A model generated the notes under the pieces. It had not been told where the DNA came from, ran no database searches, and saw nothing but the letters and a program-made list of their open reading frames with translations. DNA of 64,000 nt, from the NCBI GenBank assembly GCA_016875395.1, contig VGRF01000004.1, positions 138,215 through 202,214 on the forward strand, in the 5' to 3' direction. Below are positions 25,767 through 37,185 of this stretch, piece after piece (within the stretch, counting starts at the first letter, position 1; every line of letters begins with the position of its first letter). The position numbers and the translations under genes are program-made. This stretch comes from Deltaproteobacteria bacterium (GTDB lineage Bacteria > Myxococcota_A > UBA9160 > UBA6930).

Positions 25767-27247
25767 GCAGCAACGCGACGCGCGGGTTTTCGTACGAGGA
25801 GGACCTGCTGTTCGAGCGCAGCCGGCCTGGCCGCGGCGGCGTCGACCTCCCGCGCAACGACGTGCCCGAAGTCGACGCGCGCGCCCTGCTCGGCGCGCTC
25901 GCGCGAGACGAGATCGCGGGCCTGCCCGAGCTGAGCGAGGTCGAGGTCGTGCGCCACTTCACGCGGCTCTCGACCTGGAACGCCGCGGTCGACCTCGGCC
26001 TCTATCCACTCGGGTCCTGCACGATGAAGTACAACCCGAAGCTCAACGAGAAGGCAGCGCGGCTCGCCGGCTTCGCGGCGGCGCATCCGCTCTCGCCCGC
26101 GAGCGAGACGCAGGGCCTGCTCGCGCTCTTCTGGCAGCTCGAGCGCTGCCTCGCCGAGATCAGCGGGATGGATCGCGTGACGCTGCAGCCCGCCGCCGGC
26201 GCGCAGGGCGAGCTCGCCGGCATCATGATGATTCGCGCCTATCACGAGCATCGCGGCGAGAAGCGCACGAAGGTGCTCGTGCCCGACTCGGCGCACGGCA
26301 CGAATCCGGCGAGCGCCGCGCTGAACGGTTATCAGGTCGTGTCCGTGCCGAGCGGCGACGACGGCATCCTGCATCCCGAGGCGGTCGCGAAGGCGATGGG
26401 ACCCGACGTCGCGGGGCTGATGATCACGAACCCGAACACGCTCGGGATCTTCGAGACGCACCTCGCCGAGATCTGCGATGTGGTGCACGCGGGCGGCGGC
26501 CTCGTGTACGGCGACGGCGCGAACCTCAACGCGCTCGTGGGCGTCGCGCGGCCGGGCGACCTCGGCATCGACGTGATGCACTTCAACCTGCACAAGACGT
26601 TCTCTACGCCGCACGGCGGTGGCGGCCCGGGCGCCGGCCCCGTCGGCATCAAGGCCGCGCTTGCGCCGTACATGCCCACGCCCGTCGCCGAGCGCGCGAG
26701 CGATGGGAGTCATTACTGGAATCACGATCTGCCGAGGTCGATCGGCCGGCTGCACGGCAATCACGGCAACGTGGGCATGCTCGTGCGCGCCTTCGCCTAC
26801 ATCCGCGCGCTCGGGCCGGACGGGCTGAAGCGCGCCACCGAGCTCGCGGTGCTGAACGCGAACTACGTGCTCGCGCGACTGCGGGGCGCATACCACGTGC
26901 CGTACGAGAACCCGGTGCTGCACGAGTGCGTCGTGACCGACCGCAAGCTCGCGGACACCGGCGTCACCACGCTCGACGTCGCGAAGCGCCTGATCGATCA
27001 CGGCTACCACCCGCCCACCGTGTACTTCCCGCTGATCGTGAACGGCGCGCTGATGATCGAGCCCACCGAGAGCGAATCGAAGGAAGGCCTCGATCGCTTC
27101 GTCGACGCGCTGCTCGCGATCGCGGAGGAAGCGCGCCGCGATCCCGAGACGGTGCGCACGGCGCCGCACCGGACGCGCCGGCGCCGCCTCGACGAGACGC
27201 GCGCCGCGAGAAAGCCCGTGCTGCGATGGCAACCCGGCGGCGCGTAG
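25763..27247 (+). CDS. gcvPB: Glycine dehydrogenase (decarboxylating) subunit 2
   Basis: YPLGSCTMKYNP, the PLP-lysine region NLHKTFSTPHGGGGPG, and HPPTVYFP. The GTG overlaps the gcvPA stop (GTGA). Confidence 0.9.
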   Translation: MSSNATRGFSYEEDLLFERSRPGRGGVDLPRNDVPEVDARALLGALARDEIAGLPELSEVEVVRHFTRLSTWNAAVDLGLYPLGSCTMKYNPKLNEKAARLAGFAAAHPLSPASETQGLLALFWQLERCLAEISGMDRVTLQPAAGAQGELAGIMMIRAYHEHRGEKRTKVLVPDSAHGTNPASAALNGYQVVSVPSGDDGILHPEAVAKAMGPDVAGLMITNPNTLGIFETHLAEICDVVHAGGGLVYGDGANLNALVGVARPGDLGIDVMHFNLHKTFSTPHGGGGPGAGPVGIKAALAPYMPTPVAERASDGSHYWNHDLPRSIGRLHGNHGNVGMLVRAFAYIRALGPDGLKRATELAVLNANYVLARLRGAYHVPYENPVLHECVVTDRKLADTGVTTLDVAKRLIDHGYHPPTVYFPLIVNGALMIEPTESESKEGLDRFVDALLAIAEEARRDPETVRTAPHRTRRRRLDETRAARKPVLRWQPGGA

Positions 27248-28824
27248 GGCCTTTGCGCCCCGCGCTGGCGTGCGCGCTCGCCGCGTCGCTCGCATGCGCG
27301 AGTGGCGGCGCGGGCATCGGTAACCCGCTGAAGCCGAACATCACGGCCGACTCCGAGCGCCGCATCGGCGACAGCGGCGACACCCAGCTGCGCGCGGTGC
27401 TGCCGCTGATCGACGATCCGGTCGTGCTCGGCCTCCTCAACGACCTCGGCCAGAGCCTCGTGCGCCACCTCGAGCCGCAGCCGTTCGTCTACCGCTTCCG
27501 CATCGTCGACGAGCCCAGCCTGAACGCCTTCGCGCTGCCGGGCGGATACATCTACTTCCACACGGGCACGATCCTCGCCGCGAAAGATCTCGACGAGCTC
27601 GCCGGCGTGATGGCCCACGAGATCGCGCACGCGAAGCGCAGCCACATCGCGCGGCTCGCCGAGAAGAGCGCGATCCCGTCGCTGCTCGCGAGCTTGTTGG
27701 GGATCGGCGCGGCGGTCGCGACCGGCGATCCCGCGGCCGCGATCGTCGCGCAGGGCATCGATCAGTCCCTGAAGCTCGCCTACACGCGCGAGATCGAGGC
27801 GGAAGCCGACTCGGTCGGCACGGTGTTCATGGTGCGCGCCGGCTACGACCCGCGCGGGATGGCGGGCTTCTTCGATCGGCTGATCGCGATCAAGGAGTCG
27901 CGCACCGGCATCCAGATTCCCGCCTACCTGCTCAGTCACCCGCGCACCGAGCTGCGCCTCGACGCCGCGATCGCGCGCGCGAGAGAGACGACCATCACCG
28001 GCAAGCGCGACACCGCGCTCATCGAGGCGTTCCCCGAGGTGCAGGCGCGGCTCGCACTGCTGATCCGCGAGGAGCGGAGCACGTTGCCGTCGTTTCGCAC
28101 GGCGCCCGACACGAAGATCACGACGCCCGCGCTCGCAGAGGCCGAGAAGCTCGCGAAGGCTGGCGACAAGGCGGGCGCCGCGCGCGTGCTCGCCGACGCC
28201 GGCGCGCGCGAGCCGAACGATCCGCGCGTCGCGTTCCGCGAGGCGGAGCTGCTCAGCGAGCTCGAGCGCGCGGGCGACGCCATCGCCGCTTATCGCCGCG
28301 CGCTGCGCCTCGACCCCGACGTCGCGCTCTCCTACTACCGCATCGGCCAGCTCTATCAGAAGCAAGGGGATCGCGTGAACGCGGTCTACTACCTCGAGCA
28401 AGCCGAGCGCCGCTTCGAAGCCGGCGGTGCGCGCGCGAAGGAAGTGCGCCAGCGCATCAACCGCCTCACCTTCCCGCTGTTCGAGCGCAGCGGCATCTCG
28501 GACGGCAGCGAGCCGACGACGCCGACGCACGCGACGCCCGTCGGCGCGCTGCGCGACGAGCTGCGCGCCGGCGCGCCGCGCGCGATCTGGTTCGGCGAGC
28601 TCGCGCAGGAGTGGGCCGAGCGCGCGCACGAGCTCGAGCTGCGCTGGATCGACCCGAGCGGCGCCGAGGTCGCGCGCAACGCCGAGCTGAAGCGACGCGG
28701 CCGCAAGCTCGTGCGCGCGGACTTCGCGCCGGCCGGCGGCCTGACGAAGCCGGGGATCTGGCAGGTCGAGATCTGGTTTGCGGGAGAGCGCGGCGAACGC
28801 ACGACGTTCCGCGTCGTGCCGTAG
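27226..28824 (+). CDS. M48-family zinc metalloprotease lipoprotein with TPR region (BepA-like)
   Basis: Lipobox LAC, HEIAH zinc motif, NAFALPGGYIYF and TPR-like helices. The ATG overlaps the gcvPB 3' end by 22 nt. Confidence 0.85.
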   Translation: MATRRRVGPLRPALACALAASLACASGGAGIGNPLKPNITADSERRIGDSGDTQLRAVLPLIDDPVVLGLLNDLGQSLVRHLEPQPFVYRFRIVDEPSLNAFALPGGYIYFHTGTILAAKDLDELAGVMAHEIAHAKRSHIARLAEKSAIPSLLASLLGIGAAVATGDPAAAIVAQGIDQSLKLAYTREIEAEADSVGTVFMVRAGYDPRGMAGFFDRLIAIKESRTGIQIPAYLLSHPRTELRLDAAIARARETTITGKRDTALIEAFPEVQARLALLIREERSTLPSFRTAPDTKITTPALAEAEKLAKAGDKAGAARVLADAGAREPNDPRVAFREAELLSELERAGDAIAAYRRALRLDPDVALSYYRIGQLYQKQGDRVNAVYYLEQAERRFEAGGARAKEVRQRINRLTFPLFERSGISDGSEPTTPTHATPVGALRDELRAGAPRAIWFGELAQEWAERAHELELRWIDPSGAEVARNAELKRRGRKLVRADFAPAGGLTKPGIWQVEIWFAGERGERTTFRVVP

Positions 28825-28846
28825 CGGTCTCACGTCCAAGTGCGGA

Positions 28847-29030
28847 TCGATGCACACCCAGGTCGCTGACGCGCCGAGGTCACGCCGGATCGACCTCGCA
28901 GACGAACGCTCCTCCCAGGCAGGTCGGCCGAGGCCGCAAGCGAAGCGCGCAGCTTTCGCCGGAGTCCCCGGAGGCGAAAGCGAAGTGAACGAGGAGGAGA
29001 GCTGGCGTACTCGGTGCCGCGACACACCTC
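28847..29030 (-). repeat. Intergenic structured repeat family S, copy B (directly after the stop of the MerR/TPR gene, sense orientation)
   Basis: The reverse complement aligns block-by-block with 9585..9753. The 29-nt block at 28923..28951 is identical. The hairpin at 28952..28981 has stem GCTTTCGCC/GGCGAAAGC, versus GCAGCGGGC/GCCCGCTGC in copy A. Confidence 0.8.
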
Positions 29031-29043
29031 GCACGCTGCACAG

Positions 29044-29922
29044 CTAGCCGTCCACCTCGCCTACCCGCTCCCGCGCCAGATCGGCCCAGCTTCCGGTCGG
29101 CACGAGCTGCAGGTACGCGCGCCACTGTTCGCGGCCGAGGCGACGCAGGCCGAGGCGGTCGTAGAGCAGCGCGAGGTTGAGGCGCGCATCGGGGAAGCTC
29201 GCGTCGACGCGCACGGCGGCCTTGTAGTGATGCAGCGCGGTCTCGCGGCGGCCCTCGTCGTCGAGCAGGTTCGCGAGGTTGAAGTTCGCTTCGAGGTGAT
29301 CTGCGTCGGCTGCGAGCGCGCCCTCGTAGCAGCGCTTCGCCTCGGCGCGCTCGCTGCGCTGGAAGTGCACCGTGCCGAGGTTGCACCACGCGTCGGCGAA
29401 GTCCGGCGAGAGATCGAGCGCGTGGCGATACGCGGTGAGCGCCTCCGCACTCTTGCCCGCCTGCGCATCGAGCATGCAGCCGCGCTCGAACCACTCGAAG
29501 GCGGTGAGCGGCCGCGGCTCCTCGCCGGCAGGCGTGATCGCTGCGACTTCGGGCGCGACGTGCTGCGCGTCGAAGTCGAGCAGCAGCTGGCCGTCGGCCT
29601 CGACGAGCGCATCGCCGTCGCGCGCGACGACGCGGCGCGCGTTGTCGCCCCACATGCGCAGCGCTGCGACGGGCTCGCGCAGCTCGGGCATGCGCTCCTG
29701 GAGCCGCGCAAGCGTCGTGCGAATGCGCCGCACCGACACGCCGCGCGCGACGAGGCCGGCGATCGCGCGCAGCCGCACGAGATCCTCGAACGCGAACGAC
29801 TGCGCCTGCGCCGCGCGCGCAGACACGAGCTCCGTGCGGCTCCAAGCGCGGAGCCGCGACGGCGAGACGCGCAGAATGCGCGACGCGTCGCTCAGCGAAT
29901 ACAAGCTCACCCCCGCGCGCAT
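29044..29922 (-). CDS. MerR-family HTH domain fused to TPR repeats
   Basis: N-terminus YSLSDASRILRVSPSRLRAWSR...FAFEDLVRLRAIAGL is a MerR-type HTH. The C-terminal half carries TPR motifs (AEALTAYRHALDLSPDFADAWCNLG...). Confidence 0.75.
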   Translation of the reverse strand: MRAGVSLYSLSDASRILRVSPSRLRAWSRTELVSARAAQAQSFAFEDLVRLRAIAGLVARGVSVRRIRTTLARLQERMPELREPVAALRMWGDNARRVVARDGDALVEADGQLLLDFDAQHVAPEVAAITPAGEEPRPLTAFEWFERGCMLDAQAGKSAEALTAYRHALDLSPDFADAWCNLGTVHFQRSERAEAKRCYEGALAADADHLEANFNLANLLDDEGRRETALHHYKAAVRVDASFPDARLNLALLYDRLGLRRLGREQWRAYLQLVPTGSWADLARERVGEVDG

Positions 29923-29985
29923 GATCGGCGACGACGGAGAGCAGCGTCAAGCGAGGAAGCACCCCGGTCGGAGAAAAATCCCCGC

Positions 29986-30699
29986 CTACCAGCTCTCGCC
30001 GAACGGCCGCACCACCACATCGAACGCCCACGCAGAGCGCTCTTGGTGCGCGAGGCTCCACGCGACGTCGGCGAGCGCGCTCGGCTTCGCGAAGAAGTCG
30101 TCGGGCTTGCCGGCGAAGCGCTCGCGCGTCCACGGCAAGTCGATCACCGCGTCGATCGCGAGATACGCGACGTGCACGCCGCGCGGCCCGAGGCTGCGCG
30201 CGAGCGACTCGGCGAGGATGCGCTGCGCGGCCTTCGTCGGCGCGAAGCCCGCGAAGTGCGCCTTGCCGCGATACGCCGCGGTGTTGCCCGTCGCGATGAT
30301 CGCGCCCTCGCCCGCTTCGATCATCGCGGGAGCGAGCGCGCGCGCGAGGTGCATCAACGCCATCACGTTCACTTCGAAGTTGCGGCGCAGGTGCGCGGGA
30401 TCGACTTGGAGGAAGTCGCCGAAGGCGCCGCCGACGGCGTTGTGGATGAGCACGTTCACCACGCCGAGCTCACTGCGAACGCGCTCGAGCGTTTCGGCGA
30501 GCGCGGCCTCGTCCGTGACGTCGCACGCGTACGCGCGCGCGCCCTGCACGTCGCGCTCGAGCTCGCGCAGGCGCGCCTCGCTCCGCGCGAGCATCGCGAC
30601 GCGATAGCCGCCCGCGGCGAAGCGGCGCACGAGCGCGCTGCCGGTGCCGGGGCCGACGCCGGTGACGAGGCAGACGCGTTCGGACGTGGCGGCGCTCAC
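29986..30699 (-). CDS. SDR-family oxidoreductase
   Basis: VTGVGPGTGSA, NAVGG and YRGKAHFAGFAPTKAA. GTG 30699 overlaps the upstream stop (GTGA). Confidence 0.8.
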   Translation of the reverse strand: MSAATSERVCLVTGVGPGTGSALVRRFAAGGYRVAMLARSEARLRELERDVQGARAYACDVTDEAALAETLERVRSELGVVNVLIHNAVGGAFGDFLQVDPAHLRRNFEVNVMALMHLARALAPAMIEAGEGAIIATGNTAAYRGKAHFAGFAPTKAAQRILAESLARSLGPRGVHVAYLAIDAVIDLPWTRERFAGKPDDFFAKPSALADVAWSLAHQERSAWAFDVVVRPFGESW

Positions 30700-31868
30700 A
30701 GCAGCGCCTCGCCCATGCGCGCGAAGGCGGCGTCGATCGTGCCGCCCAGGAAGCGCGCCTGCTTGTTGGGGGCGAGCTCGGCGAGCGCGTCGCGATAGTG
30801 CGCGACCGGGTCCGCGATCCCCTCGAAGTGCGGGAAATCGCTCGAGAAGACGAGCATCTCGTCCGGCAGCTCGCTCATGATCTTCAGCAGCGGCGAGTCG
30901 TTGCCTCCGGTGAGCGGCGTCGCCTTCACGTTGCGCGCGAGGTACTCGCTCGGTTTGAGGGGCAGCTTCCACGGCCCGACGAACAGCTGCGCCACGGGCG
31001 AGATGCGGTCGTCGATCTCGCGGTGCAGGAACGGGAGCCAGCCCGTGCCGACCTCGGCGAGCAGCAGCGTGAGCTTCGGGAAGCGCTCGAACACGCCCGA
31101 GTAGATCAGCGCGTCGAGCAGCGTGGTGGGCGCGACGTGGCGGTGCGCGCCGCCGAGCATCCGTAACAAGGTGAGATCGCCGTTCTGGTTGGCCCAGCCG
31201 GGATCGAAGCTCATGCGCTCGAAGCCGGTGTGCAGCATCGGCGCCATCGCGAGATCGCTCGCCGCGGCCCACACGCGATACCAGCTCGGGTGGCTCGGCG
31301 GGACGCCGTTCACCGGATACGCGGGCACGAGAAAGATGCGGCTCCCGCGCGCGCGCATGCGCGTCAGCTCCGCGACGACGAAGTCGAGATCGTGGTACTC
31401 GAGCGCGGTGACGGGCTTGAGTCGCCCCGCGCCCTCAGCGCACGTGTCCGCGAGCCAGGTGTTGCACGTGCGAATCACTTCTTGGCGCAGCGGGACGTGA
31501 TCGATCTGCAGGTTGTAGGAGATGCCCGCGAGGCAGATCACGTGCTGCTGCGCGATGCCATGCCCGTCGAGCCATTTCACGCGCGCGGCGGCGTTCGCGA
31601 CCTGGAACTGGCTCTTGCCCGCGAACTCCGCGCGGCGCTCGGCCTCGGCCTTCTCGTCGCCGAACAGCGTGAGCAGCCCCGGCGGCAGCAACTCGCGCAC
31701 GGGCGGACGCTTCCCATCGGGCACGCCCAGTAACAAGTCGCCGACGATCGCGTCGATCGCGAGCAGCCCGGGGTTCAGCTTCGGCAGCTTCTTCGCAAGC
31801 TCGGGGTACGGCGCGAGCCAGTCGTCGCCCGGCTCGAAGTGCGAATCGACGTCGATGATCGCGGTCAT
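30696..31868 (-). CDS. Amidohydrolase_2 (ACMSD-like metal-dependent hydrolase) family protein
   Basis: IIDVDSHF N-terminal metal motif, HTGF, and FSSDFPH near the C-terminus. ATG 31868 is preceded by GGGAG. Confidence 0.75.
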   Translation of the reverse strand: MTAIIDVDSHFEPGDDWLAPYPELAKKLPKLNPGLLAIDAIVGDLLLGVPDGKRPPVRELLPPGLLTLFGDEKAEAERRAEFAGKSQFQVANAAARVKWLDGHGIAQQHVICLAGISYNLQIDHVPLRQEVIRTCNTWLADTCAEGAGRLKPVTALEYHDLDFVVAELTRMRARGSRIFLVPAYPVNGVPPSHPSWYRVWAAASDLAMAPMLHTGFERMSFDPGWANQNGDLTLLRMLGGAHRHVAPTTLLDALIYSGVFERFPKLTLLLAEVGTGWLPFLHREIDDRISPVAQLFVGPWKLPLKPSEYLARNVKATPLTGGNDSPLLKIMSELPDEMLVFSSDFPHFEGIADPVAHYRDALAELAPNKQARFLGGTIDAAFARMGEALL

Positions 31869-31945
31869 GCGGGGCTCCCTCGACGCGCGAGCTTCCGCCG
31901 GCGCGCGCAGCGACGCCATGGGGCTCCGCTCCGCGCCGGCCCGGG

Positions 31946-32383
31946 TCAGCGCCGCCAGTGAATCAGCGCGAACGGCCTCTCCACGTCCTCGTGCTGCTCG
32001 AACACGGCGCGCACCTTCGCGCCGATCGCGACCGGCGCGGTCGCGTCACCGAGCAGGTTCCCGACGAGGCGCACATGGTTCGCATGCGGCAGCTCGACGA
32101 GCGCGACGACGTAAGGCCCCTGCTCTTTCAGCGCGGGATGCACGGGATGCCACACGCGCTCGTAGCTGTAGATCACCCCTTCGGGCGCAACCTCCTTCCA
32201 GCCCACGTCGAACGAGCGGCAGTGGTGGCAGATCCACTCCGGGCCCCACTGGAACTTCGCGCACGCGTTGCAGCACTGAAGCACGAGCTTGCCCGCGCGC
32301 GCTCCCTCGTAGAACGGCTTGTCCAGTCCATCCGGCTGCGGCGCGGGCTGCGGGAGACCGGGCGCGAGGTAGTACGCGCTCAT
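31946..32383 (-). CDS. DUF35-type Zn-ribbon/OB-fold protein (thiolase partner)
   Basis: CCNAC...CHHC zinc ribbon followed by an OB-fold pattern. The ATG overlaps the stop of the thiolase-like gene (ATGA). Confidence 0.8.
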   Translation of the reverse strand: MSAYYLAPGLPQPAPQPDGLDKPFYEGARAGKLVLQCCNACAKFQWGPEWICHHCRSFDVGWKEVAPEGVIYSYERVWHPVHPALKEQGPYVVALVELPHANHVRLVGNLLGDATAPVAIGAKVRAVFEQHEDVERPFALIHWRR

Positions 32384-33555
32384 CGCGTCGCCTCCGAACC
32401 GAAGATCACGCTGCTCACGGGCGTGACCATCGGCCCCGCCGTCATCAGGCTCACGTCGACGCGCGGCACTTGATTGCGCGACTGCCCGCGCACCTGGCGG
32501 ATCGCCTCGATGGTCAGGCCGAGTCCGTGCATGTAGCACTCGGCGAGATTCCCTCCCGACGTGTTGAGCGGGAGCTTGCCGCCGGGCGCGCTGAAGTTTT
32601 CGAGCGTGAAGAACTCGTTCACTTCCTCCGGTGCGCAGAAGCCGTGCTCGACGATGCTCATCAGCACGCCGCCCGTGAAGTTCTCGTAGCTCTGGAGCAC
32701 GTCGACGTCCGCCGGCTTCACCTGCGCCATCTCGTAGAGCCGCGGCGCGAGCGTCTTGAAGCCGCTGCTCGCGTAGTCGGGCGTGTTGTGCGCCGCGGCG
32801 TCGGCGCGGAACTGCGAGCCTTCCGCCGCGCCGAGCACGTACACCTGCTTGTGCGGAAAGTCCTTCGCGCGCTCCGCGGGCACGAGCAGGATCGCGGCCG
32901 CGCCGTCGTTCTCGAGGCAGCAGTCGTAGAGGTGGAATGGCTCGACGATCCAGCGCGAGGCGTCGTACTTCTCGGCCGTGAGCGGCTTGCCGTACATCAC
33001 CGCGCGCGGGTTGTTCTGCGCGTGCTGATACGCCGCGAGTGAGATCGCGCGCAGCGCCTCCTGCCGCACGCCGTGCTCGTGCATGAAGCGCACGGCCTTC
33101 ATCGCGAACATCTGTGCGGGGGACATCAGGCCGTACGGGATCGTGTGCGCGTACGGCCCCGAGATCGCGGGCATGCGCGCGCCTTGGCCGAAGCGCCCGA
33201 ACTGTCCTTGCGCGAGTCCGCGGAACGCGACCACGCAGTCCGCGAGGCCCGTCGCGATCGCCGCTGCGCCGTTTGCGACCGCCGCCGCCGCGCCGCCGCC
33301 GCCGCCGCCCCACTGCATGTTCGAGAACGTGAGCGACTTGCAGCCGAGCGCGGCCGCGAGCCGGGAAGGATCGTTGCGATCGTTCGAGTACGAGGCGAAG
33401 CCGTCGATGCTCGTGGGATCGACTCCCGCATCCGCGCACGCGGCGAGGATCGCCTTCAGCGTGAGCACGAACTCGGAGTCGGGCGATTCGCCCCGCTTGT
33501 AGTACTGGCTCTCGCCGATGCCGACGACCGCGACCTTGCCGCGCAGGCTGCGCAT
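32380..33555 (-). CDS. Thiolase-like (SCP-x/lipid-transfer type) protein
   Basis: KVAVVGIGESQY, LYDCCLENDGAAAILL and NTSGGNLAECYMHG are typical of DUF35-associated non-canonical thiolases. Confidence 0.8.
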   Translation of the reverse strand: MRSLRGKVAVVGIGESQYYKRGESPDSEFVLTLKAILAACADAGVDPTSIDGFASYSNDRNDPSRLAAALGCKSLTFSNMQWGGGGGGAAAAVANGAAAIATGLADCVVAFRGLAQGQFGRFGQGARMPAISGPYAHTIPYGLMSPAQMFAMKAVRFMHEHGVRQEALRAISLAAYQHAQNNPRAVMYGKPLTAEKYDASRWIVEPFHLYDCCLENDGAAAILLVPAERAKDFPHKQVYVLGAAEGSQFRADAAAHNTPDYASSGFKTLAPRLYEMAQVKPADVDVLQSYENFTGGVLMSIVEHGFCAPEEVNEFFTLENFSAPGGKLPLNTSGGNLAECYMHGLGLTIEAIRQVRGQSRNQVPRVDVSLMTAGPMVTPVSSVIFGSEATR

Positions 33556-33684
33556 GTTGCGTCCTTGCTCGAATCCGTGAGGTGTTACGCCAACTCGCGC
33601 GCGGATGCCGCGACGACTCGCCCACGCCGCTCAGCCGCGCGACAATCCGGTATCAAGAACTCCTCAGATCAGAGGCCTGACGCG

Positions 33685-35484
<1,800 letters not shown>

Positions 35485-35508
35485 CGCGAGCGAGAGGTCG
35501 CGCCGCGA

Positions 35509-35916
35509 TCACGCCGGCTCGAAGACCGGGATCGCTTCGCCCGCGGGCGAGGTCTCGAACGCGACGCGCACGCGCATGCCCGCGCGAACTTGCTCGGGTG
35601 TGATGCCGACGAGGTTCGTGTTCATGCGCACGCCTTCCTCGAGATCGACCTGCGCAAGGATCACGGGCAGGCGGCCGCGGTGGCGCGCGTGGTACTCGCG
35701 TTGCAGCTGGCCGTGGCTGTAGAGCACGCCGCGGCCCGAGGCGTCGGCCCATGCCAGCCGCGTGCTGCCGCAGTGCTGGCAGCGCTGGCGCACGGGGAAC
35801 ATCCAGCCACCGCACGCATCGCAGCGCTGCAGGCGCAGCTTGCCCGCGCGCGCGCCGTCGAAGAACGGGCGGTTCGTGTCGTCGGCTGCAGGAAGCCAAG
35901 CGGGCGCGTCGGACAT
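35509..35916 (-). CDS. DUF35-type Zn-ribbon/OB-fold protein
   Basis: CDAC...CQHC zinc ribbon plus OB fold; 135 aa. Confidence 0.8.
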   Translation of the reverse strand: MSDAPAWLPAADDTNRPFFDGARAGKLRLQRCDACGGWMFPVRQRCQHCGSTRLAWADASGRGVLYSHGQLQREYHARHRGRLPVILAQVDLEEGVRMNTNLVGITPEQVRAGMRVRVAFETSPAGEAIPVFEPA

Positions 35917-35934
35917 GTCGCGTTCCCTAATGAC

Positions 35935-37098
35935 TCAGGCCGCGTGCGGCGAGAGCACGAGCGTGGCGTGGTAGTTGAGGACGCCGCCGTTGCCGGAGAC
36001 GAGGATCAAGTCGTTCGGTGCTTGGCGGTCGCCGCCTTGTCCGCGGCCTTGGATCACAGCCTCGGCGACCGGCGTCATGCCCCACATGTAATACGCGGAG
36101 AGCTCACCGCCGCCGGTGTTGGTGGGGAGCTTGCCGCCCGGAGCGAGCTTGCCGTCGGCGACGAACGCGCCGCCCTCCCCCTTCTTGCAGAAGCCGTAGT
36201 CCTCGAGCGAGACGAGCACGGTGTACGTGTAACAGTCGTAGATCTGGCACTGCGTGACGTCGCTCAGCTGCGCGCCCGCCATCGCGAGCGCGCGCGGGCC
36301 CGACTTCGCAGCGGGCGTCTGGATCATGGCGTCGTTGCCGGTGAGCCCGGCGTCGTTGTTATGGGCCTGCGCGAAGCCGTGCACGTGCACGGGCGGCTGC
36401 TTGAGATCGCGCGCGCGCTCGGGCGTCGTGACGATCACCGCGACGCCGCCGTTCGAGACGAGGCAGCAGTCGAGCACGTGAAACGGCTTCACGACCCACG
36501 GCGAGGCCTCGTAGCCCGCGAGGTCGAGCGGCTCGCGCTTGCTGGCGCGCGGGTTCATGGCGGCCCACTTGCGCTGGCCGATCGCGACCGCGGCGAGCTG
36601 TTCCTGCGTCGTGCCGTAGAGGTCCATGTGCCGGCGCGCCGCGAGCGCGTAGAGCGGCAGCGCGCCGCCGAAGCCATAGAGCGGGAAGAGCGCGCCCATC
36701 GCGCTGCGGCGGCCGCCGCCCGCGTAGGCGGCGCCGGTGCGCACGCCCTCCTTCAGCGGGTCGTCGGCGAACACGCAGCACACGTAGTTCGCGAGCCCGT
36801 TCGCCACGGCCATCGCGGCGTACTGGATCATCTGTCCCGCGCTCGAGCCGTAGCCCTGCACGAACGTGAGCAGGTTCAGCTCGCGCAGCCCAAGTGTCAG
36901 GTGCAGCGGAATGCTCACGCCGTTGGTGACGCCCGCGTTGATCATCAGCCCGTCGAGCTCGGACTTCGGCAGCCCGGCGTCTTCGAGCGCGAGGTAGACC
37001 GCCTCTGCCGCGAGATCCTCGGCGTCGCGATAGACGCGGCCCATCTCGGTGATGCCGAGGCCGCAGATGGCGCTCGCGCCCTTCATCGCGTGTTTCAT
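35935..37098 (-). CDS. Thiolase-like (SCP-x type) protein
   Basis: ATG 37098 is preceded by GAGGAG. VLDCCLVSNGGVAVIV and NTGGGELSAYYMWG match the paralogue at 32380..33555. Confidence 0.8.
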   Translation of the reverse strand: MKHAMKGASAICGLGITEMGRVYRDAEDLAAEAVYLALEDAGLPKSELDGLMINAGVTNGVSIPLHLTLGLRELNLLTFVQGYGSSAGQMIQYAAMAVANGLANYVCCVFADDPLKEGVRTGAAYAGGGRRSAMGALFPLYGFGGALPLYALAARRHMDLYGTTQEQLAAVAIGQRKWAAMNPRASKREPLDLAGYEASPWVVKPFHVLDCCLVSNGGVAVIVTTPERARDLKQPPVHVHGFAQAHNNDAGLTGNDAMIQTPAAKSGPRALAMAGAQLSDVTQCQIYDCYTYTVLVSLEDYGFCKKGEGGAFVADGKLAPGGKLPTNTGGGELSAYYMWGMTPVAEAVIQGRGQGGDRQAPNDLILVSGNGGVLNYHATLVLSPHAA

Positions 37099-37185
37099 CG
37101 AGATCTCCTCGCGTGCCGCTCGCGCAGGGTTCCACAGCGGCAAGGGTCCGCGCGAGGGCGATGGCGCGCGTGATAGCGTCGCTGC

